Assembly (NCBI GenBank): GCA_012295275.1
Contig: CM022667.1
Location: 17,174,001-17,238,000, forward strand
DNA length: 64,000 nt
Direction: 5' to 3'
Source of the DNA: Chrysomallon squamiferum
Lineage: Eukaryota > Animalia > Mollusca
Shown: positions 31,124-45,405 of the stretch, piece by piece
How the letters are laid out: each line of letters starts with the position of its first letter
Numbering within the stretch: the stretch's first letter is position 1
The notes under the pieces: generated by a model
Seen by the model: the letters and a program-made list of their open reading frames with translations, nothing else
Told to the model about the DNA's origin: nothing
The model's database searches: none
Translations under genes and position numbers: made by a program

Positions 31124-31478
31124 CGTTTACAGTTAAGTGGGGGGAAAAAAAAAAAAAAAAAATGTTTCGCGTTTCTGGAATGCTTCTCGTAAATCTGCTG
31201 CATTATGAAATATGTGTGTTTGTATGTTTCTGTGTCTGATGACGGGTGCGGTTTGTCGTGACTGCAGTTTTCTGTGTATGTACATGTCATAAAATGTGTG
31301 TGTTTATATTTTGTGCTTCTGCATTTTTTACATATGAGTATATGTATTATGTATGTATGTATGTATGTATGTATGTATGAACTTTAATTTAATACTATAA
31401 TAATGTAAGAGTATTTGTGCATATTGCGTATTTTTTGTTTACTGTACTCTTCGTTTGCCAATGTTAGCAGATAACAAT

Positions 31479-31510
<32 letters not shown>

Positions 31511-32836
31511 TTTGTGCAACAACAACAGAAACAACAACAATAGCAACAACAACAACAACAATAATAAGAGAAAGAAGAAGAACAACAAAAAAAAAAAGAA
31601 TAAGAAGAGCAACAACAACACAACAATAAATTTAACTTACAGTTGCTGAATTTTTAAGTCGTCTGTCAAATCATGAACACCGAAGAAATGACGTTATCAA
31701 TGGCTGCTGAATTATGTTTTCATTATTATTATTATTATTTTTATTCATTTACTACTACTACTTAACTACCACTACACAATAAAAAGAAAATCAAAACATA
31801 AATATGCTTACAGTTTCAGAATTCTGAAGTCATCTTTGATCGATGACGTCATGCTGGATATTTTCTTGAAACCTTTTTATTTCTTATAGTTTTCTTTATT
31901 TATTTTTAATCTTTAATAACTTTAAGTTCTTTCTGTCTTTCTTTTCTTTATTTAATAGTAAACGAGATTTTAGAAAGTAAAAAAAAAAAAAATAATTATT
32001 ATTATTGCAGTTGCTCTTCTTCTTTCTCCTCCTCCTTTTCTTCTTCTACTACTTCTTCTTCTTCTTCTTCTTCTTCTTATTATTATTATATTAAAAACAT
32101 CTGTTACAGCAATAATAAGGAACAACAGGAACAAAAATAAAAAACAATAAACTTACTAGTACAGAACTTTTCAGCAGTCTTCTGTCACATTAAAACAGTG
32201 AAGAAATGACGTCACCTGTGGTTGTGGTTGTTGACGTCATTATACTAAAACCTTTGTAATCTATTACGAATGAACGAAAACGAATGAATAAATAAAATGA
32301 ATAAAACCTCATATACGTATGTGTTTTTTTTTTAATATAATTTAATTTTTTTTTTTTTTTTTTTTTTTTTTTCAAGTTCTTTTTTTTTCTTTCTTTTCTA
32401 CTTTTTTTTCTCTCTCTCTTTTTAATGGAATCATGTCTAAGGAGTAATAGTAAAGTTAATGAGCTAAGAGGTAAACAGTTTAACAAGTGAAATTTCATTA
32501 AGCGTCTAATATATCCTCACAATCTTTTTACAAGATGATATTACAGGTTTAATCAGACTTGCTAATGACCTTTCATTACAAATTAGATCATCTTTCTTTT
32601 CTAATTTTTATATCTAATATTACTCACATTCCATTTTTTTTGGCGGGTAGGGTATCATGTATTCATATAATTATATTTTAATCTGTAAACCTAATGACGT
32701 AATCATTTAATAGATGACGTGCAGAGGAGTAATTATAATAATTATAAAAATAACTTACCTATAGTAATTTCATTGTCTTTCTTTCTTCCTGTAGTCTTCT
32801 TTTTTCTTACTCTTTTTCTTCATTTCTTCTAGCTCT

Positions 32837-32838
<2 letters not shown>

Positions 32839-32925
<87 letters not shown>
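32839..32925 (+). repeat. (TC)n microsatellite
   Basis: Directly visible. Confidence 0.95.
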
Positions 32926-32929
<4 letters not shown>

Positions 32930-33434
32930 CGACACATCTTTTATTTTCTTAATGGCATGTCCAGAATTAAACAAGCGAAGTTTTTAAATGATGTTGCTGT
33001 AAGCTGAAACGCTATTTCAGATACTTGTTATACAGATTTCTTCATTTTGTTTTCTTATTTCTTTCTTATATTTATATTTATTTGTTTTAGAATTTCCATG
33101 TTTTCCATTGTTTTGTTGTCGAAGCGTTAAACTTTGTAAACTTTTGACATCAATTTGAGTTTTAATTGATGATGCTTAAGTGCGTCATATGGTAAGTGAA
33201 AGAAGCTATGAATCATTCAGTTACCACTAATATGTCCGCAAATAAAAATTTGGTAAGATAAATAATTTTAGGAAATTCAAAACCCATATTCCACACTCAT
33301 TTGTTCACACACATCAATTATTAAACCGTGAATAATGATTCCTCCTGAAAATTAAATCAGTTTAAATAAAAATGCAGGTGAAAATAATATTAAAAGATTT
33401 AAAAATTATTCACGTTTTCTCCATTTGTTAGAAC

Positions 33435-33499
<65 letters not shown>

Positions 33500-33566
33500 A
33501 TGTAAATAAAAACAAATAAACAAATACAGAAACATAAATAAATAAATAAATAAATAAATTTACGTA

Positions 33567-33601
<35 letters not shown>

Positions 33602-33807
33602 ATCAGGATACGTAAACAAGTGACAATCATCACTTAGTCTTATGCTGACGTCAAAAATAAAAAAAATGGCATCACTTCTTCGTACCGTCGTCTGGTTTGA
33701 ATCAAAACGGTTCTGTAAGTGAAGTTTATTATAATGTTTCTTTGGTTGTCGTTTTTTCTTTTTTCTTCTTCTTCTTTTTTTGTTTTTGTATTGTTTTTCT
33801 TTCTTTA

Positions 33808-33859
<52 letters not shown>

Positions 33860-33998
33860 TCTTCTTCTTTATTTTCATCATCATATTCATGTATCTCAAT
33901 CTCTATCTTTTCTTAAATGCCTACTTTTTATAATATGATAATGATAATCAAAATACGTTTTGTCTCTCTCGCACCCATCCAAATACCCACCCACCCAC

Positions 33999-34069
<71 letters not shown>

Positions 34070-34557
34070 GACATACACACATCAAACTCCTCATAACTCT
34101 TCATGTCCTTGCTAAGTGCAATCAGCTCTGGATGAAGACGCTGCTGTAAGTGCAGACACATCAAGTGCCGTGTATCGCTTTTCCCATCTCAAATAAAGAT
34201 ATCTTCACGTCGGATAAGGTCACGTAGTAAATTCCATCAAACCACGGGTGATACGAGGTTGACAAATTGGCCGGGCCATTATCCGCCCCTGGGGGAGAAG
34301 CTTGCCGCGACTTGCCATTCGTTGAAAAAGTCCATCACAGACTAATCGCCGCGGCACTCTGCAGTGTCTGCGCAGTTTGTCAGTGTCAGCGTCATGTTAT
34401 TCATTTGTTACTTTTGTACACCCCGAGACACGCGTGTCCTTAGTAACTTTAACAATAATAATAATAATAAAAGTGATGATGATAATAACAATAATGATAA
34501 TGATGACGATCATCATCATCATAACAAAAGCAGCAGCAACATGAAGAACAACAATAA

Positions 34558-34589
<32 letters not shown>

Positions 34590-34996
34590 GGTAGTATTAA
34601 TTAATTTAATTAGTTTTATATTACTCTCTGTTTTTCAGTTCTCTCTCACTGTCTCTCTCTATCTGTCTGTCTGTCTGTGTGCCTCTCTCTTCTTGCCATG
34701 CATATACAATTTTATTAAAGATGTAAAATAATAAATAAAAAGAGTTTATGTTGTACGTTGTTCTTCATTACTTCCAAGCTGTATTTTTTTTTTCTATTTT
34801 ATTCCTTCTCTATTCGTTATTCCTCAATTTCTTTTATTATTTCTTCCTCTCTGTTCAATCTTGTCTTTATTTTGTTCTTTCCCTTTTTCTCTTTCAGCAT
34901 ATTTTTAAAAACAAAGTTTTGTTGTGTTATATTTTGTCTTTACTAGAAACAAAAACAACAACAACAACAATAATAATAATATTAGTAGTAGTATTG

Positions 34997-35033
<37 letters not shown>

Positions 35034-35599
35034 AAGAATAGTAGTAGCAGCAGCAGTAGTAGTAGAAAGAATAAGAACAATAACTGAAGATATAAAATAT
35101 TTAAGAACATTAACTGTTTTCTCTGTATGAAATGATTTTTACTAATTAATTCTTGTCTTAAGTAAAAACAGAATTATGTTTTAGCTCTAAACTAATTTGA
35201 TTGATTTATTTCCTCCCTTTTGTGAGAAGGTGAATATTAAAATACAAAGAAAAAATATTGTAATTATGTTTGAAAGCTAGTTAAAAAAATGATATCAAAA
35301 TCTATAAAGAAGAAAAGAATGAAAATATTAATTCTGTATATTAACCTATTGTTTTTTATATATGATAATTTAAAATAAAATATATTTGTGTGTGTGTGTG
35401 TGTGTGTGTGTCTATATAGGTATATATATTTGTCTCTTTGGTTATTTGTTTTAATATTTAACATCTTTCGTGAATTTCTTTAGTTTATTCAACGCAATTC
35501 CAATCACAGATTTTATCAGTCGAAAGAAGAGAATACACAACTGCTTCCTTTTTGTCTCGTTTGCCTTAGAATTATTTTAATATTCATCTAGAAATATCG

Positions 35600-36600
35600 A
35601 AAACTTAAAGAGACAGTCTCTTAATTGGCGCCACATTGAAAAGTGTGAGTCATTTCCATTAAACAAACAACAGTAGTAAAAACTCATATTAAAACTTTAC
35701 GCTGCGTCAAAACAAAACTGCGGTTCTCTATTTTTTCAAGGAGGAAAGAACGGAAGCCGAAACTTTTCCATTTAATAAGATTCTTGCTACATTCATCAGT
35801 TTCTTTTATTAACGGTAATTTCTGAAAGGAAGTCAAAATCGCCGCACGTCCAAAAGTTTTCGTGGCGTTGCCCAAAATTTAATCAAATATTTGACAAACA
35901 CTACGTTAACCCCAACCCAGTCACGTAGGCTGCTGCTGTCGCCGGAGTGGTGGTGATGAAGAGGGAGGTATTCATAACGACGTTTCATCTCTTGATCGTT
36001 GTTGTAGTTGTATATAAGAGCTAAAACTGACAGTTAACAACAGCATGCCAAATATTCGTCATAATTTTGTAATTTCCTCTCTCGGCCATCTCGCTGGCAT
36101 GATTCGATACTCAAAGAGTCGTTAGAAGACAACGAAAATATTTGATCGCGACTGGAAAGGAACCAACAGTAATTACAACAGAATATGAAAATATTTTTGT
36201 TTGTAACGGGAGTAATGATAGAAAGAAGAAAAAAAAAAACGAAAAGTGGAGTTCGTAACAGTGACAGAACGAATCTCGCAGTCTGATTGGTTGAATTCAG
36301 CTTGTTGACAGACCAAACAAAAAAATGCTGGTGATATTGACGAGCCGTGGCTGATGTTGACACAATTGGTCTTGTTATTGACACGATTCATAAAAATCGC
36401 GAGATCTGTTTCTAATCGCATTGAAATTAACACCCGTTACAACTACAGAACAAAAATGGCGACCCTAGTCTCTTTATACGAGTGGCTTTTCATTTTTTTT
36501 AATTTTATTTATTTACTTTTTTTGGCTTGAGTCGTCAAGTGCGAATGATGACACCACATGTGACGTCATTGTCGCTTTCGATCAGTAACTGTGGACAGTC
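35600..36600. promoter_or_regulatory. Promoter-like island (TATA, inverted CCAAT, TCGCGAGA, YY1-like, CRE)
   Basis: TATATAAG at 36011-36018, CTGATTGG at 36283-36290, TCGCGAGA at 36397-36404, AAAATGGCG at 36453-36461, TGACGTCA at 36561-36568, TGGCGCC at 35626-35632. Confidence 0.4.
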
Positions 36601-36851
36601 TTGAGTTAACACCCTGTTATCTTTTGAAATAAAGAAGGAAAGTAAGAAGCAAAAAATAAGATATTAATAAAATTTTAGTTTGAAACTTGTAAACACTGTA
36701 CTACATCTCTTTCTGTCGATCTGCCTGTTTATGCTTATATCTTATTAATTTTAATATGATTTTTATTTACCTTAAAAAAACCGCCCGTAAATACAAACAA
36801 AGATCACGGAAATAATACTATTACTACTACTTCTACTACTACTACTTCTAT

Positions 36852-36913
<62 letters not shown>

Positions 36914-37095
36914 TTATTATTATTATTATTTTTACTTTCTTAGCTACTCGGCATTTATTTTATTTTTGTGTGATTATTAATTATTATTGTTTTTATATCG
37001 CCGTAATTATTATGATTTTTATATGTTTGTGTGTTTGTATGTGTTTGTGTGTGTGTTTGTGTGTGTGTTTGTGCGAGTGTGTGTGTGCGTCTGTG

Positions 37096-37126
<31 letters not shown>

Positions 37127-38016
37127 TTGAAATAATAATTGGTGAATAATCAAGAAAAACAAATACAGAAGTTTAGATTTTAAAATGAATCCATTGCCTT
37201 AACTGATTCTCTAGATTTAAGAAATAAATTTCTTAAATCTGTCGCAAATTTTTAATATCAATGCTCTATACTTTCATTATTCACTTGTATTTGATTTGCA
37301 TGCTTTATTTTGATATTCATTTGTTTCTTTCTGGTAATAAGTAAATATATATATATATAAAGGGAAAAATAATAATAAGAAGAACAATGTGTGTGTGCGT
37401 GTGTGTGTGTGTGTGAGACAATAAAAAAAAAAAAATATATATATATATATATGGGAGGTCCCACCCACAAAATACACAATTAAAATTCTATTAATTATTA
37501 TCACCATTAGTCGTAAGATTAATTGAAAGTTTGATTTACTATTTTTACACTCACCCATAAACCTGTTAGTGCAAAACATCAAGTTATTCATTCGCCATCT
37601 GTCGCTTGAAATTACGTTCCACCAATAATTAAACTTGCTAAAAAAATATATATATGCAGCTTTCGCAACAAAACTGAAACATATTATGAAATGCGATAAG
37701 ATAAGCAATTTTTCTTGAAATGCATATAAAAAAAAAAGTATGAAAAAAAAAGTTTAAACAAAAAATTTCATTTTTATAATTAATCGTTTCGAAAGGGTTA
37801 ACTATTGGTTTTCTCGTGCAAAACGTTTAATAATAATAAACTTTTTTCTTGCCGTTATGTCAAGAGATGCATTTCAGTAAACCACGCGAAACTGAAACCG
37901 TTACAAAATTTTATTTTGATATCGATAACTGTTTGAATTATGTCTATGTCGTTGGAATTTTAAAATTTTAAAATTTTATTTTAGTTTTTATTAATTTTTA
38001 ATATACTTTTTAAAAT

Positions 38017-38052
<36 letters not shown>

Positions 38053-39978
38053 CTTGTTGTTGTTGTTGTTGTTATTATTATTACTGTTTGTTTGTTTGTT
38101 TTTCCTTTTCTCCACGGGGCTAAGAAAGATTTTTTTTTTTTTTTTTTTCATTGTTAAAATAATTACATATTCACTTTTACTGTTACAATTATTGTTATAT
38201 TTGTATTTATTGCTACATTTGTGTGCTGCATTCTTGTTCTTTATTTTTTATTATTATTTTTTTTTTTGGATTATTATTATTATTATTTTTTTTTTTTGTT
38301 AGTATCATCATCATTATTATTAGTATTTATATTTTATTATCATCAACATTATCATTATAAATAATAAATGTAAAAATTAATGTGACGGTTTATATAGATA
38401 CGAAATTGTGCTATTTTTTCTACCCCGTTTAAATATATATTAAAATGATATTTTTCTAAATATACTAATATCAATCCTTTTTAAAATAAGTTAACATCAC
38501 TTTTTTGAAAATATGTTACTAATACACTTTAATATTTCTGTTTTTTTTAAATGTGTTAAAAGTTTTGTTAGTACGACACTTGGCACAAAATCCATGTGAA
38601 AATTCATTACTGTCGCTTTCCATAGAATGCACATAAAAATAACATTTCAACATCGTTCATACCGAATGAGACAACTTTATAACGCCACAGTTTGTACAGA
38701 ATGCGTTGTTAAAAGCACATTAATGTCACTTCGTATATAGCCTTTTTTTTATAACAGATTAATTCCTCTTTTTATACAGAATTCATATTTAAAATATTTT
38801 GCATTGTTTTTATTTATTTAGTTTTGCATAAAATCCTTGTAAAAACAAAACACCTATTTAAAAATATATCCTTTACTAAATGTTAAAAAAATTATATAAA
38901 ATGTTTATATTAAATATTAATTAAAATATGAATCATTTACTTAGCATCATAAGAAATGCATTTATATGGAATCTGTAATTTATACAGTTTATATAAGATT
39001 AGTTTTGAAAAGACGATTATACTGAGTATATGTTTATATATATATATTACATAGAATTCATGTTATAAAAGTCATATATAATAAGACCCTTTTTCTTATA
39101 AATACTTTTAATGGAATCTCCTTAGAATCTGTCTTTTTTAGTTTAATTTTTTAATTTTGAATAAAACAGGGATGCTTCCTTTGTGTGGAGAATCGTGTTA
39201 GACGAATCCAGCGAACTGCGGGAACAACGGGGGCTTAAACGTGTCACTGTCTGAACAGGAGTCTATCTTTCCCCTTTTTCTAAGCTGAAATTAGATATGC
39301 ATTTTAGTAACTATTTAATATTCATAAACACGTCTATGGGAGCTGGCCAGCGTGCAGGAACTGACTGAATGAAAGAAGAAGACAAAACAATGTGAAGAAA
39401 AAAGAAAAAAGATTTAAATAAAAGAACTGTCCGGACGGGTGGTCCGCGTTTTAGCCGATACCCGATTACAGACCGTGTATCTCTCTCTGCCGTGTTCGAG
39501 AACCGGTTCGCTTGGACGTATCACGTTTCCAGCGCCTGTATAGGAAGGAGGTTTAAAATTATTAGCTCAAATGTCCAGCTTAATAATGTGGGTGGTATGT
39601 GTGATACAGCAGTAGTACTTGTAGTAGCGCTAGTACATGTTCTTATGATAGTTGTTCCAACATGGCGTAAGAATGTCTGGTCGTGTTCACAGCGCGTGTA
39701 ATTGTTTGACAAATTAACAACCCTGACCGTATTTTATATTGTATTTATTTATATTTCTATATATATATAGTTATATTTTTTTTTACCTGTTCGAGTCATG
39801 CCTCAGTAGTTAATAAAGAAGGTTGTTTGATGGTTGTCTGACCTGTATACGTATCTGAGACTAACCGCTCGATACCTTCTTAAAGATTCAATTCAACAAT
39901 TATTTACAGACAAACCTGTGTATGTATGCCACAGGTTTACTTATCAATATAATACACACACATACATACTTATACACC

Positions 39979-40044
<66 letters not shown>

Positions 40045-41635
40045 ATTTTATGTGTGTCTCTGTGTATACGTAACACACAAACGCACATGCATACATATAT
40101 ATATATAAATTAAAAATAGATATTTAGCTGTAAATTAATGATTTTACACAGAATTTATTGTCTACAATCACAGTGTTCTTCTTCCTTTTTGTTGCCGACG
40201 TCATCAGTAATATTATTATTTTTGTTAAATTAATAATGTCCATTTTAACTAAAATAAATAATTAAATAACTGTGTAAGTAAATAAAGACATAATATTTGT
40301 ATATTTGTGTTTTACAACATTTGAAGTGTTTGTTTCAAATACAAGACACGTAACAATGGCGCGTGTAATGAATGTTGCAATGATTAAAAAATAAAAAATA
40401 AAAACAAGAAAACAAAAAATATTTTTTACGTTCAGCGTAACTTAACCTTGTTGTTACGGCGGCTGGTAAAAACATAAAAATATATACCAGTACATAAAAA
40501 GAGGAAAAAAAGAGAAAGGAATATTAAATTTTTGTTTAGCGATATCTCAGTGTATTTAAATTTAATACTTAATAACTTATAATAACGAACATGTTGCTAT
40601 TGCTGTTGTTGCATTAATATTATTATTGTAGTAGTAGTAGTAGTAGTATAGTAATAATGGCAACAGTAGATTTTTCTTTTTATGAAAGATCAAATCTTCT
40701 CGTTTTCATAATGATACAAAAGAATATTTTAAAGGCACGTTCTAAATGTCCAGCAAACTCAAACAACTCTAAACAAATCTTTAAAAATCGTTTCCATGAC
40801 GCACCCCACCCATTCTGGAAACACGGATCCGATCCTGGTTTGAAGCTAACATCTCTCACCAGACAGCTAGCTACATGTGGTGTTTTCACGTGAGTGTGTA
40901 TTCGATGGTGGATGCCTATTTTACCCTAAACATTGGAACGCTAAACAAAAACCAAGAGAAAAAAAAAAAAAAAATTTAGCATTCCGCGAGGGTCGACATA
41001 AAGAATAAGACAGAGCGATGAAAAAAAAAAAAAAAAAAAAAAAGGAAAAGAAAAGAATTATGTCAAACATACACACATTGAGTCGATTCCATCCAACTAC
41101 TCCGTCTAAAGTATTAACGTAAAGCTTCGGGCATGTCGTTTATCAGTCCGATCTATCCCATACTCCCCTCAGTCCTCGTGCGTTGTTCTGCAGCTCGGGC
41201 AAGACGTATTTCGTTTGGTATTTAGCATCCATGAAGACCTCGACAATGAAAGCATTAAAATAAATCTCTGTATCTAGCGGTGGGAACTCCGGTTCAAGGC
41301 TTTTATCTCTGCTCTCGCACGCGTTTCACTTCATACAGAAAGATACGGCACAGAAATTACGACTTGCTTAAGTTTCACTGCTTTCTCAAACGTACGTTTT
41401 TATTGACGTCGCTGATAATTTTTAGTTTTATTTTCTTATTCTTCACTTTTAATTTTAATTTTAATTTATTTAAATGTTGGTTAAACAAAAAAAATCTGAC
41501 AATGCAACTACAATTATTATTGTTGTTGTTGTTGTTGTTGTTGTTGTTATTACTACACCATTAGCAGTATTAGCAGTAATAATAGTAAAAGTATAAATAA
41601 TTTTTGCAGCTGTTGATATTGTTATTCTAGTACAA

Positions 41636-41773
41636 GTAACATCTTTAGTAACAGTTTATTAAATACTATTCAAATGATTTTAATTAAGTAACATCTTTAG
41701 TAACATTTTATTAAATACTATTCAAATTATTTTAATTAAGTAACATCTTTATTAAAATTTTATTAAATACTAT
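41636..41773 (+). repeat. 52-bp minisatellite, about 2.6 copies
   Basis: Unit GTAACATCTTTAGTAACAGTTTATTAAATACTATTCAAATGATTTTAATTAA starts at 41636, 41688 and 41740, with few substitutions. Confidence 0.9.
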
Positions 41774-42212
41774 CCACAGATTTTAATTCTATCTTATAAT
41801 CACGGATTTTAATATTTTAAAATAAATTTCTCAAACAAATTTTTTTTTCAAAGATCACTTCAAAGTATATATTATATTATATTATACTATATTATATTAT
41901 ATAATATTATATTATATTATACTGACTGAATAATACTCATATATATATTACTGATGCAATCTATTGTTTCTAAATTGTGCAATAACTGACAGTCCGTTTT
42001 AGGAAAGGAAATGCGTAATATTATAAAATATATTTGCGGTGCAGTTCTGATGTTATCGATATATGTATGTATTCATTTGTCCATAGTCTAAGTAAAAAGT
42101 AAATATCGGCAATTCATCACTTGTCAAATATGTGTAATAAACTTTGAAGCGGAAGGCACAAAGCTAATAAACTATATTGAACAATCATTTTGTAAAAGCT
42201 GAAAGCTAAGTC

Positions 42213-42280
<68 letters not shown>

Positions 42281-43289
42281 TGTGCGCTCATGTATTCGTG
42301 TGGCGTTTGAGATAGAAACTCGGTTTTACATTCTTTTCCATTCCATTCCTGTCAAATATACTTAACTAATATAAATGTGATTTGTATCTGTATATGGTTT
42401 GTTTGTTTATGTGTTGTTTGTATATGCGTACGCATACACGCATACACACATACACACCCACACACGCACATACGAACAAAGAAGTTAACAAAGGTAATTA
42501 TAATTACGTTAATGTAAATCAAACTGAAGAGGTTGATGTTTTTTGTTCTTTTATCTTTTGCTTGTTATGTATTTAATATTTATAAACAGATAATTAGTCT
42601 TCGTAACTTAGCTCCAGGCCAAATACTTCTTGAATAGCAAATATTCCACGCATTATAATTAACGATTGCTCGCCATTTATGTCTGTACGTTCAATAAATA
42701 TTCAGTAAGGGCCTTCTAACCAAATATTCATTATTGGTTTGGAAACAGAAGTCGCAAATTCCAGGGTAGTGGGGGTGAGTAGATAATCCCTCACCCACCT
42801 TTTAATGATTTTTCTAACATTTCTTTATAATTAAACTAATTTTTAACTTGAATGTTGCACCGATGACATCAGTGCTGCCCGCGGTTTATAAAGTCTTGGA
42901 CCCGCCTCTGAATATTGCAACAGAATTTAGAAGCTTGATAATTCACGAGAGTTTATACACAGGACTGTTGTTTTATTATACATCCTGACTGCGTTATGGG
43001 GAATCGATGAAAGTTTCATTTAGACAATACAAATTGGATTAAATTAAAAGAGGAAATAGAAAAATTAAAAATTAAAATAAATGAAAAGATTAAAGAGAAA
43101 AACAGAGTTCGATAGTTTTGTATTTTTAATTAAAGTTTGTATAAATATTGTCGATTGGGTGGAAGGAAAATAATTGGGAAGCAAAATGAAGGAGAAGGAG
43201 AAAAACAAATATTAAATGAAAATCGTGAAAGTTGAAAACATAAAAACAAATTTGTAATGCATACTTATGCACAAAGAGACTTTCAGTCA

Positions 43290-43292
43290 TGC

Positions 43293-43343
<51 letters not shown>

Positions 43344-43381
43344 CATACATACAGACACACACACACATACACACACCACAC

Positions 43382-43440
<59 letters not shown>

Positions 43441-43480
43441 CATACATACAGACACACACACACATACACACACCACACAT
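43290..43480 (+). repeat. Tandem duplication of a compound (TA)n/(CA)n unit of about 95-100 bp
   Basis: The anchor CATACATACAGACACACACACACATACACACACCACACAT occurs twice, with variable dinucleotide run lengths between. Confidence 0.85.
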
Positions 43481-44154
43481 AAACTGTACATATATGTATT
43501 TATGGTTCTATGTATCTGACTGTCTTTCTGTCTCTTCTCAGACGAGAAAACGTACATATCACTTTACAAATAGTGATTTATTTAAAAGCGAGAATGGTGA
43601 GATAAATAAACTTAAGAACTGATAGCTTTTAGACACACGTACGCACACACGCACATACGCAAAGAGTCACATAACACCTGAACTTATAAGAACAAACACA
43701 TCTTCACATAAACCAAAATTATGTGCAGCTGTCTCTGATACAATTATAAATTCAAACAATTAAAATATAATTTTTTAAAATGAATGTGAAAAATGAATGA
43801 CTCATTACTGTAACACTATACTGTGATATGTCAGTCAGGATGAGGCGAAACTTTATCTATCAGAGTGTTGTAACATTAATAACAGTGATTAAGCGGAAAA
43901 CAAAACAAATGAAAAAAGAATAAAATCTTTTCTGATGCATATTAATGACAGCAGACTGCGTTAACGTAATTGTTATTTAAATTAATGTGCATTTATTTAT
44001 CAGTGTGTTTGTCTTATAATAAATTATAAATACACAGAGTATGCATAAAAGAGAGAGATCGACAGACAGAGAAAAAGGGAAACAGAACATTTTGGTATAT
44101 GCAGTTGTTATTTATAGTAATTTGAAATATGTTCTCTATTATTATTATTATTAT

Positions 44155-44204
<50 letters not shown>

Positions 44205-45029
44205 TAATGACGATGATGATGAAATAGGGCAATCACCCAAATTATTTAAAATGGGGAAAAATGAGACAAAAGAAAAAACAAATAAACAAACAAAATTAAT
44301 ACATCCTTCGAATATAAAATTTTGAAATCTACAGTAATTTATTTTTCATAATTATTAGTTTTATTTCAAACCACAAAATATTGTTTTTGTTTGTATCATC
44401 ATCATCATCATCGTCATCGTCTTCATCATCATCATCGTTATCATAATCATCATCTCTCGTTTTTCTAGCACTGTAATACCAACATACGTTTGATGTATGA
44501 TTTTCTCAAAGAAAAAATAAAAGTTAGAAAAACTGGAAAAAGATTTTGACATTTTTAGAAAGCCAGGACGTCATTGTTAACTCTGAAGTGGCAGAAACAT
44601 TTTTTAAACGTGTCTGATTCTGATATATTTCATTTCTGCCTTTGAAATTGACGAATTCTGACGGGGCTGAAATGTACACCTACGTCTTTGATTGAGCTGA
44701 TAAAACGTTTTGTACTGTTTAGGTTTTAGATAACGAGAGAAACGATTTTACTTCTGTTTTTAAAATGTTAACCATTTATGATAAAGCACAGCTAAATGTA
44801 CTTTTTTCTTTTTTCTCGTTTTCTTACTTTCTTCATTTTTTTTTTTTTCTTTCTCGTTTTTACTTTTTTTACTTTTTTGTTTTGTTTTCTTACTTTCTTC
44901 ATCTTTTATTTTCTTTCTCGTTTATACTTTTTTACTATTTTATTTTTATTATTTTATTTATTTCTGTTTAGTTTTCTATATATATTTTTATATATAATTT
45001 TCAAACAGTTTTATTATTATTATTATTAA

Positions 45030-45093
<64 letters not shown>

Positions 45094-45130
45094 TTATATT
45101 TTATTTTCTAAATATATCTGGTTTTCTCAT

Positions 45131-45181
<51 letters not shown>

Positions 45182-45287
45182 TTCATTTATTTATTCGTTT
45201 GTCATTTTGGTTTGTCACAATTTCTTTCTCATTTAAAAAAAATAAATAAATAAAAAGGGTCTGTATTTTTATTTTAGTTTATTATTA

Positions 45288-45405
45288 AAAATACTTCAAG
45301 TCTCGAAAATAATTCCATTTGTCAATAAAATTCTTCAAGTCAGCAAAATACTTCATCACCAAAATACTTCATCAGCAAAATACTACAAGTCACCAGAATA
45401 TTCCA
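45288..45405 (+). repeat. Degenerate 16-18 bp minisatellite (AAAATACTTCA..TCA[G/C]C)
   Basis: The core AAAATACTTCA and variants recur about six times. Confidence 0.75.

Noticed and set aside
31044-31125. GC hairpin (TGCCGC...GCGGCA) followed by poly-T, resembling an intrinsic terminator or Helitron end
   Set aside because: Eukaryotic context, the T-run is about 30 nt away and T-runs are ubiquitous here, and there is no CTRR terminus at the expected distance.
36456-36530. Short hydrophobic ORF starting at AAAATGGCG
   Set aside because: Only 24 codons, with hydrophobicity due to T-rich low-complexity sequence; no support as a peptide.
41636-41773. Regularly spaced repeats as a possible CRISPR-like array
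   Set aside because: Head-to-tail 52-bp units with no unique spacers, no cas genes, and a eukaryotic context: an ordinary minisatellite.
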